A stretch of 64,000 bases of DNA from Pseudobdellovibrionaceae bacterium (GTDB lineage Bacteria > Bdellovibrionota > Bdellovibrionia > Bdellovibrionales > UBA1609): NCBI GenBank assembly GCA_018663505.1, contig JABJQG010000065.1, forward strand, positions 3,315-67,314, read 5' to 3'. The position numbers and the translations under genes are program-made. The notes below the pieces were generated by a model. That model was given only the letters and a program-made list of their open reading frames with translations. It was not told where the DNA came from and made no database searches. Every line of letters starts with the position of its first letter. Within the stretch, counting starts at the first letter, position 1. Below, piece after piece: positions 57,002-64,000 of the stretch.

Positions 57002-58218
57002 TAAAATATATCTTAATAATAATTTCTATTAATTTTTTCTTCGGATGTAATAAAAAAGGAGTTAACGATTCCTTGAAAGACAAGCCAACAAATGGGCAAG
57101 ATCAAGGGCACGCTAAACTTGATGCATGGAAGGTGAATTCCTTGGGGCAAGAGGGGCATGGGGGAGACGCCGTAGTTTGTTTTAGCATTCCCATAGAACA
57201 AGCCTTATACAGGGTTACACCAAAAAAAAATAGCTCGTGTTTAAGGAATCTACCTTGTGAAAATAAATCAGAGACAGCTTCAGACCAAGAACAAAATGGT
57301 CCAGCAAAGGTAATGTGGCGCATGACTGATGTGGGACGTAAATCTATCCGGTCAGCTAAACCATTGGAGCAGTTTTTGGCAGAACGTATTACTGGATTAA
57401 ATCCAGTAATAGCTCAGTTAAACCAAGGGACTCTGACAACAGGGTATAACTTGTTAAGGTCTAAGCTGGCTCATTTGCCCGCAGCTTATGAAAAAAATGA
57501 GGAAATACATCAGGCTCTTGGTTGGCTAGAGGAGGATGGAATAGCTACGGAATATGGACTTGCAGATATTAATGACTCGGGGTTTGCCACAGGGATTAAT
57601 CAAAAGAGCTGCAAGGAATTACAAGCCGTGGTGAGAAAGGACAATCAACTATGGTACGATCCTGATATTATAGGACATTTTGATACGGCAGGAAAAATAC
57701 TGATTCAATTACATGAAGAAATTTATCGTTGGGGTAAACTACAAGATCAAAGTAACTCTCAATATGGAGATTGGGCCCATGGAACCTCTATCAATACTAG
57801 ACATTTAATTTTGAAAATACTTAAGCCAAATATAAGTACAAAACTGCTAAATACAAATTTAAAGGTTTTAGGCTTTTCGTCATTATTTTGGCAAAATCGT
57901 TTTGCAGTTCCAACACCGGTGGGTCAGTTTATGACCTCAGATGTATGTTTAGGTGAATCTATGATTATAAAAAATTATTTGGATAAAAATAGAAATATTA
58001 ACTCAGTTGATATGAGGGATTACTTGGTTTCACGGTATTTACTTGATGAATTGAAGTCTGTTCAACCTATTTTGTTATCAAATTACCCAAGGACATTGTC
58101 TGAGCTTGTATCCTATACTCTTAATTTTACATCCGGTGATGAGTCGTCATTTTGGCAGGTATTTAGGGGGTTGTGGAGTGACCTGAATTCTGAAAGTGCT
58201 TGTTTACCTATAAATTAA
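56998..58218 (+). CDS. Lipoprotein of unknown function (406 aa)
   Basis: Lipobox INFFFGC. ATGA overlap with the preceding gene. Confidence 0.5.
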   Translation: MIKYILIIISINFFFGCNKKGVNDSLKDKPTNGQDQGHAKLDAWKVNSLGQEGHGGDAVVCFSIPIEQALYRVTPKKNSSCLRNLPCENKSETASDQEQNGPAKVMWRMTDVGRKSIRSAKPLEQFLAERITGLNPVIAQLNQGTLTTGYNLLRSKLAHLPAAYEKNEEIHQALGWLEEDGIATEYGLADINDSGFATGINQKSCKELQAVVRKDNQLWYDPDIIGHFDTAGKILIQLHEEIYRWGKLQDQSNSQYGDWAHGTSINTRHLILKILKPNISTKLLNTNLKVLGFSSLFWQNRFAVPTPVGQFMTSDVCLGESMIIKNYLDKNRNINSVDMRDYLVSRYLLDELKSVQPILLSNYPRTLSELVSYTLNFTSGDESSFWQVFRGLWSDLNSESACLPIN

Positions 58219-58351
58219 CATGTGAGCCCACAAGTTTATGGCCTAAAGGGCGGGTTCTTTATGGAGCTTTGCCCCAAGGGGTATTTCCATTGGCCTAGGA
58301 CATAAATCGCGCTATAAATAGAGTGTTATTTTCACCATTAAGGAGCGTGCT

Positions 58352-60607
58352 ATGGCAACCATAGAAACCACAAAAGAACTTGTTTCCAATACTTACAATA
58401 CTACTCGTAAAAACTTAGAAGTTATTTCTAAAAGAGTAAATCGCCCACTGACTTTGGCTGAGAAGATTTTATTTGGACATTTAGATGATCCTGCTAATCA
58501 AGATTTAACTGCAGGGAAAAGTTTTTTACTTTTAAGGCCTGATCGTGTGGCCATGCAAGATGCAACAGCTCAAATGGCATTATTGCAATTTATGCTTTCT
58601 GGAAAAAAAGAAGCTGCTGTTCCGTCCTCAGTGCATTGCGATCATTTGATTCGTGCATATAAAGGTATGGACGAGGATATGGTTGTTGCTATGCAAGAAA
58701 ATAATGAAGTGTTTCAATTTTTATCTTCAGTGTCCTCTAAGTATGGCATTGGTTTTTGGAAGCCAGGTGCGGGGATTATTCACCAAGTGGTTTTAGAGAA
58801 CTACGCCTATCCTGGTGGAATGATGATTGGTACAGATTCTCATACGCCAAATGCTGGTGGGCTAGGAATGGTTGCTGCTGGTGTTGGTGGTGCTGATGCA
58901 TCTGATGTTATGGCAGGTTTGGCTTGGGAAGTGAAAAGTCCCAATGTTGTTGGTGTTCATTTAAAAGGAAAGTTAAGCGGTTGGACGGCTTCTAAAGATG
59001 TGATTTTAAAATTATTAGGAATCTTAACTGTAAAAGGTGGAACAAATAAAATTATTGAATATTTTGGAGAGGGTTGTGAATCCATAAGTTGTTCAGGAAA
59101 AGCCACTATCACTAATATGGGTGCAGAGCTTGGAGCTACTTGTTCGGTATTCCCCTATGACTCACGAATGAAAACATATTTAAATGTAACTAACCGTGCT
59201 GAAATCTCTGAAGTTTGCGATGCCAATAAAGATTTACTTACAGCTGACGCTGAGGTATTAGCAGATCCTTCTAAGTATTATTCTGAAGTGATTGAAATAG
59301 ATCTAGATCAATTAGAGCCTCATGTTGTTGGCCCTCACTCTCCAGATGCGGCAAGACCTCTTAGTGAAATGAAAAATGCTTGTGAAGAAAACGGATGGCC
59401 TACAGATTTATCTGCAGCTTTAATTGGCTCTTGCACAAATTCCTCTTATGAAGACATTGGCCGGGCTACACATTTAGCCAAGCAAGCAATGGATCAAGGG
59501 GTTAAAATGTCTCAACCTTTTATGGTGTCTCCAGGATCTTCATTAATAAAACAAACCATTGAACGTGATGGACAGATGGCAGTACTTAATGATGTGGGTG
59601 CAACTGTGTTAACAAATGCTTGTGGACCATGTATTGGACAGTGGAGAAGAGACGAAATTAAAAAGGGTGACAAGAACTCCATTATTTCTAGTTTTAATAG
59701 AAACTTTAGAGGTAGAAACGATGCCAACCCAGAAACCTTATCTTTTATTAGCTCCCCTGAGATTGTTATGGCTCTAGGTTTAGCCGGTAAATTAGATTTT
59801 GATCCACAAAGAGATGAGCTTAAAGGTCCAAATGGCACATTTAAGTTTGCTACTCCAGAGGCAGTTGAACTTCCAGAAAATGGTTTTGTTGCCGACCCAG
59901 ATGCATATCAAGCTCCAGTAGGTGGCAATATTGATGTTAAGGTGGCTCCGGATTCTGAAAGGCTACAATTGTTAGAACCCTTTGCAGCTTGGGATGGAAA
60001 AGATATGGATGAAATGTATCTTCTTTGTAAAGCCAAAGGAAAATGTACAACTGACCATATTAGTCCGGCGGGGCCATGGTTAAAATTTAGAGGTCATTTA
60101 GATAATATCTCTGACAATATGTTAATTGGTGCTACCAATGCATTTAATGATGCCATAGGTAAAGGGCATCATATGGAAACAGGAAAAGAAGATACATTTT
60201 CTACAATTGCTCGTGACTATAAAGCAAATGGCCAAGGTTGGGTTATTATTGGTGATGACAACTACGGTGAAGGGTCCTCTCGTGAGCACGCAGCTATGTC
60301 TCCAAGGCTACTTGGTGCAAAAGCTGTAATTGTAAAAAGTTTTGCAAGAATTCATGAAACGAATTTAAAAAAGCAAGGTGTGCTTGGACTCACTTTTGTA
60401 AACCCTGCAGATTATGACTTAGTACAAGAAGGAGACAAAATTTCACTAAAAGGTCTAGTTGATTTTGCTCCAGGAAAAAATATAGAAATGGTTTTAAATC
60501 ATAAAGATGGTTCTGAAGACAAAGCTGAGTTAACACATAGTTTTAACGAAGAGCAAATCAAGTGGTTTAAAGCAGGATCTGCATTGAATTTGTTAAGACA
60601 AGGGTAA
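58352..60607 (+). CDS. acn: Aconitate hydratase, short (~750 aa) mitochondrial-type
   Basis: [63 protein letters not shown]. Confidence 0.93.
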   Translation: MATIETTKELVSNTYNTTRKNLEVISKRVNRPLTLAEKILFGHLDDPANQDLTAGKSFLLLRPDRVAMQDATAQMALLQFMLSGKKEAAVPSSVHCDHLIRAYKGMDEDMVVAMQENNEVFQFLSSVSSKYGIGFWKPGAGIIHQVVLENYAYPGGMMIGTDSHTPNAGGLGMVAAGVGGADASDVMAGLAWEVKSPNVVGVHLKGKLSGWTASKDVILKLLGILTVKGGTNKIIEYFGEGCESISCSGKATITNMGAELGATCSVFPYDSRMKTYLNVTNRAEISEVCDANKDLLTADAEVLADPSKYYSEVIEIDLDQLEPHVVGPHSPDAARPLSEMKNACEENGWPTDLSAALIGSCTNSSYEDIGRATHLAKQAMDQGVKMSQPFMVSPGSSLIKQTIERDGQMAVLNDVGATVLTNACGPCIGQWRRDEIKKGDKNSIISSFNRNFRGRNDANPETLSFISSPEIVMALGLAGKLDFDPQRDELKGPNGTFKFATPEAVELPENGFVADPDAYQAPVGGNIDVKVAPDSERLQLLEPFAAWDGKDMDEMYLLCKAKGKCTTDHISPAGPWLKFRGHLDNISDNMLIGATNAFNDAIGKGHHMETGKEDTFSTIARDYKANGQGWVIIGDDNYGEGSSREHAAMSPRLLGAKAVIVKSFARIHETNLKKQGVLGLTFVNPADYDLVQEGDKISLKGLVDFAPGKNIEMVLNHKDGSEDKAELTHSFNEEQIKWFKAGSALNLLRQG

Positions 60608-60623
60608 AATTTTTTTAGCGGCA

Positions 60624-61634
60624 TTACAGTAGATTTAGGTTTTTAGTATTTACAGTAACCTTTTGAAGGTCTTCATTGCAGATTATGTTTTCTATACACA
60701 TATATCTCAGAGGTGGGGATGAAACTACTAGCTGGCCCTGGACATGAGACCTGTCGATTACTTTTGTAACCTTAAATTTTGAATGGTTCTGATCTGTGAT
60801 TATGAGCAGATCTCCATTGTGATAAACTTTGGAAAAAGGTTTTATGTAATATGTGCTGCCCACCTTTATTTTAACAAGGTTGTCTATGGAATCATTCCAA
60901 GGATTTAGATTTGTTCCTGAAGCTACTTTATTTTTAATAGAATTATTTTTGGAAATCAGGGCGTGGATTTTTTCTTTTGTAACGGGTGCAAGGTAATTGA
61001 TGTATTCGAAACTGCTTTTTCCTGAAATTACTGCCAAAAGGTTCCACTGATTTAATTTATTTTTGCATATGAAGGCCCCTCCAGAGTCCCCGCCTTCTAC
61101 CATTGAATAGATGTGTGATTGAATAGCAAGGGCGGGTGACACATTGTAATCAAAAGAGTTGAGCCACACAGCTTTTATTTTATTATTAATCAAATCTGAG
61201 CCTACAAAAGCACATTGATCAGATGAGAGTGCATTTTGGAATTTATTATTGTTTTCCAATAAGGGAATCTCTTCGTTGATAATCTCATTGGTTTCAATCA
61301 CAGCGTAGTCATATTGCCGTTGTTGTTCGTCTCTTTTAACAAGTGAATAATTAAACTCAACTGGTATATGCAAGTTCTTAAGAAAGAAGCTTTTGTTGTT
61401 GCATACTAAGCTTTTCAGTTTATAGCTTCTTGTTTTTTGAAAACAATGCGCCGCTGTTAAAATTCTGTTTTTCCCAATTATTGTTGCTGTACAGACTTGA
61501 GTATTTAAGGAGGATTGAGTTTCCAGTTGGCAAAACAAATGTTGAGGGTATTCCTTGCCACTTAGTTGAGGTCCGGACGTTGCTAATACCTGCAGACTCA
61601 CTAAAACTGAAAATGCTCCCCAAAATATATTCAA
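60624..61634 (-). CDS. Secreted trypsin-like (S1 family) serine protease with a C-terminal extension
   Basis: Signal peptide, ILTAAHCF (His) and EGGDSGGAFIC (Ser), followed by about 100 extra C-terminal residues. Confidence 0.8.
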   Translation of the reverse strand: MNIFWGAFSVLVSLQVLATSGPQLSGKEYPQHLFCQLETQSSLNTQVCTATIIGKNRILTAAHCFQKTRSYKLKSLVCNNKSFFLKNLHIPVEFNYSLVKRDEQQRQYDYAVIETNEIINEEIPLLENNNKFQNALSSDQCAFVGSDLINNKIKAVWLNSFDYNVSPALAIQSHIYSMVEGGDSGGAFICKNKLNQWNLLAVISGKSSFEYINYLAPVTKEKIHALISKNNSIKNKVASGTNLNPWNDSIDNLVKIKVGSTYYIKPFSKVYHNGDLLIITDQNHSKFKVTKVIDRSHVQGQLVVSSPPLRYMCIENIICNEDLQKVTVNTKNLNLL

Positions 61635-61904
61635 TACTCCCCCTCTATGAATACAAAGGAAGTTACTGAGAATAGTTCAATTGTTAAAATTGTATTATTT
61701 TCTATTCACAATAAGTAAAAATTATATGGTAAGAAATCACATAATTCTATATACTTAGGCAGATTTTTGGGGGAGTGTGGCTGATGACCATGTAATTATT
61801 ACATAGCATATGTTTGGATACATTAGGAAACTTAACAGATAAAAGTAGGATTTATAGCGTAGATACCTTTCCACGAAATCCATCATGAATTTAAGGCAAG
61901 AACC

Positions 61905-62444
61905 TTACTTAATAGGAAAAAAGAACTCAGTAGTCACGTTGTCATCTTCCACAGTATATACCTCAATAACCCCTTGTTGGAATTCCACTTTGTTTTTTTG
62001 TGCCCATTGCATAGCTTTGGGGTAAACCTTCATAGGTCCAATAGCAGGTGATCCCTCAAATGTAGCTAATAAAAAAGAAGAATGCTCCATAGTTTTAAAT
62101 TGGACGGGGTCATCAGCAGTTAACACTAGTTTTTCTGTGACTATGCATCCCACATTAGAGCGCAACCTTTCCACGGGAGTCTGATCTGGGTTATCTAAAA
62201 ATTCACCAAAAGTTTTCTCGCAATCTATTTTATTCTTCTTTGCCCATACCTCTACAGACTGAAGGTCCTCTAAGATTTGATGATAAGGACCAACATGGCT
62301 TTTGTATAATAGCATAAATGTGTAAGAGCTTATTTCTTCAAGTTTCACATCTTTAAAAAAACCAAGGCGGTACACCATTGTGCTGATGACTGTAATTACA
62401 ACCAGAAAAAAGAGGAGAATAAGATTGCGTATATGTTTATTCAT
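61905..62444 (-). CDS. Membrane-anchored GyrI-like small-molecule-binding domain protein
   Basis: N-terminal TM helix. The domain pattern (YKSHVGPYHQI...FGEFLDNP...VEFQQGVIEVY) resembles GyrI/SOUL-like folds. ATG 62444 lies 2 nt after the upstream stop. Confidence 0.5.
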   Translation of the reverse strand: MNKHIRNLILLFFLVVITVISTMVYRLGFFKDVKLEEISSYTFMLLYKSHVGPYHQILEDLQSVEVWAKKNKIDCEKTFGEFLDNPDQTPVERLRSNVGCIVTEKLVLTADDPVQFKTMEHSSFLLATFEGSPAIGPMKVYPKAMQWAQKNKVEFQQGVIEVYTVEDDNVTTEFFFPIK

Positions 62445-62446
62445 AA

Positions 62447-63010
62447 TTAACTTTCTATCCACTTAATGGAGCAACCCATAGAGGGAATGGCTTCTTGTGG
62501 TAAGGGTTGATCTTCTAGGATATTTAATAAGGCTTCTTTGAGCTCTTGTTTTTTCACAAGGCTTTCGTTTTTCCAGGAGTCATCTAAACGACCTCTGTAA
62601 AATAGAGGGAATGTTCCATTGGAGTTTTCGTACACAAAAATATCTGGTGTGCATACGGCTCCAAAATCCTTGGCCACTTGTTGAGTTTCATCAATAAGAT
62701 AAGGGAAGTTAAAATTTTTGTCTTGCCAGTTTTTTTGTAGGTTTTTAAAACTGTCTTCTTGATTGTCATTTGGATCATTAGAGCAAATAGCAATAAATTG
62801 AATGCCTTGGTTTTTCATTTCTTGAGCCAATTGGATGATACGGCTCTCTATGGCTTTCACATAAGGGCAATGGTTGCAGATAAAAAGAACCACGAGAGCT
62901 ATACTGTCATTAAAATCGTTCAGTGAATGTTTTTTTTCATCCATGCCTTTTAAAGCAAAATTTGGGCAATGCGTATGGTTATGTGTATCTGGAGTATAGG
63001 TGAGTGCCAT
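62447..63010 (-). CDS. Thioredoxin-fold (AhpC/TSA-like) family protein
   Basis: VVLFICNHCPYVK motif; 187 aa. Confidence 0.7.
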   Translation of the reverse strand: MALTYTPDTHNHTHCPNFALKGMDEKKHSLNDFNDSIALVVLFICNHCPYVKAIESRIIQLAQEMKNQGIQFIAICSNDPNDNQEDSFKNLQKNWQDKNFNFPYLIDETQQVAKDFGAVCTPDIFVYENSNGTFPLFYRGRLDDSWKNESLVKKQELKEALLNILEDQPLPQEAIPSMGCSIKWIES

Positions 63011-63028
63011 TAACGGTCCTTGCTTTAT

Positions 63029-63730
63029 TTATAGCTCTGTCCAGTGGGTAGTGTGGTCAGTGAAAACAAGATCGCCTTTTTCGCTGATATGGTCAAAGTT
63101 ATTTGCAATATTTGGATATTTTTTTAGTGCAACTGTTAATGCCTCTTGATTCCCCTTGGAAATATGAGGTTCACAAAGGGTGATTAGGCAATATTTTAAG
63201 TTTTTATCTAATTCGTTCAGAAATTGTAGCCACTGGTTAGAAGTGACATCTTGACCAATAAAACCGGCCACATCCACCCCCTTTGGAGCTGACAAAGCGT
63301 TTAGGCCAAGACCAATAATGATTTGCTGTTGTTCGCCCTTGGAAAGGGCTTCTACTAAAATACCGGCAATTTTTTTATCTTCTAGAAAAATATCGTTAGG
63401 GGCTTTTAGGCTAAAATTTAAATGTGGCCAGGTGTTTTGTAGGCTCTTAAAAATAGCAAGACCAATTAAGGGAGTGGCTATGGGCTGGATTGGCCTTTCC
63501 GATAAGTAAGAGAAACTGCACAGCAACCCATGTCCTGGTGCGCCCGTGGACCAGCTGTTGTGACCTCGACCGCGTCCCTTGCTTTGTTTCTCTGTAATAA
63601 AAAATAAAGCCTCAGAGGAAAATCCAGATTCTTTAGCCATATCATTAGTACTTGTGGTGGATGAAGTGGCATGCACTTTGTATTTATCCTGAGCCCAGGC
63701 CGCTGTATCTGTATATATAGAAAAAGACAT
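63029..63730 (-). CDS. birA: Biotin--[acetyl-CoA-carboxylase] ligase (class I, no HTH)
   Basis: QSKGRGRGHNSW (the GRGRxGxxW biotin-binding loop); KIAGILVE. Confidence 0.85.
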   Translation of the reverse strand: MSFSIYTDTAAWAQDKYKVHATSSTTSTNDMAKESGFSSEALFFITEKQSKGRGRGHNSWSTGAPGHGLLCSFSYLSERPIQPIATPLIGLAIFKSLQNTWPHLNFSLKAPNDIFLEDKKIAGILVEALSKGEQQQIIIGLGLNALSAPKGVDVAGFIGQDVTSNQWLQFLNELDKNLKYCLITLCEPHISKGNQEALTVALKKYPNIANNFDHISEKGDLVFTDHTTHWTEL

Positions 63731-63733
63731 AAT

Positions 63734-64000
63734 TTATCCTTTGTAGTTAAATAATAAACTCATATCGGCAACAGGGGCAGAGTGGGTCATGCTGCCCACG
63801 CTTATGTAATTGACTCCAAGTTCAGCTACACTTTTTACTCGGTCCACGCTCATATTACCGCTGGCTTCGGTCTCTATATGTGGTGGGATGATTTTAATAG
63901 CTTGAGCCATAGTTTGGTTATCCATATTGTCCAACATAATGGTTTGGATATCTAAGGCACAGGCTTCTTTAATTTCTGTGAGGTTAGTGGTTTCCACCTC
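63734..64000 (-). CDS. nadC: Nicotinate-nucleotide pyrophosphorylase (carboxylating), C-terminal part; the 5' end lies off the right edge
   Basis: IMLDNM...IETEASGNMS...GVNYISVGSMTHSAP. The frame is open to the window edge. Confidence 0.88.
   Translation of the reverse strand, partial: EVETTNLTEIKEACALDIQTIMLDNMDNQTMAQAIKIIPPHIETEASGNMSVDRVKSVAELGVNYISVGSMTHSAPVADMSLLFNYKG

Overview
This is an AT-rich bacterial chromosomal window. The gene content (many FecR-domain, PilZ and trypsin-like proteins, a TIGR02147/DUF4423-type regulator, a short mitochondrial-type aconitase) suggests a Bdellovibrio-like predatory bacterium, but that is inference only.

Layout:
- 1-15.1 kb: the fusA 3' end and a very compact S10-spc-alpha ribosomal cluster (rpsJ to rplQ, with secY, adk, rpmJ and rpoA). 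It lacks tuf, rplX, rpsN, infA/map and rpsD at their usual positions.
- 15.1-21.8 kb: a TlpA-like redoxin, an uncharacterised two-gene membrane module separated by a perfect 8-nt x9 tandem repeat, manC (no canonical start codon), and a DegT-type aminotransferase.
- 21.9-27.5 kb: a metF fusion gene and metH.
- 27.6-35 kb: FecR-like and other secreted proteins of unknown function, a lipoprotein lytic transglycosylase, a PilZ membrane protein, and two orphan genes.
- 35.3-39.9 kb (minus strand): NtrC-like regulator, cdsA-like, plsC, nhaA, tRNA-Arg(UCU).
- 40-42.7 kb: serA overlapping an FAD-dependent D-2-hydroxyacid dehydrogenase gene.
- 42.7-44.7 kb: an RR-HK-Hpt phosphorelay operon.
- 45-52.4 kb: an RND/MMPL transporter fused to a LolA-like domain, envelope proteins, and grxD-bolA.
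- 52.7-58.2 kb: a small HNH protein, bacterial topoisomerase VI B+A, a DUF4423-type regulator and a lipoprotein.
- 58.3-64 kb: aconitase, a trypsin-like protease, a GyrI-like protein, a thioredoxin-like protein, birA, and the nadC 3' part.

The most unusual signal is two copies (44.8 kb and 52.5 kb, opposite orientation) of a 42-nt conserved core. Each core sits in the loop of a ~43-44 bp perfect hairpin whose arms are specific to that copy. I cannot assign this architecture to any known repeat or RNA family.

Coordinates I derived myself (tRNA, rpmJ, repeats, hairpins, revised starts) may be off by 1-2 nt. Around 42900 my reading of a T-run disagreed with the ORF track by 1 nt, and I followed the track.
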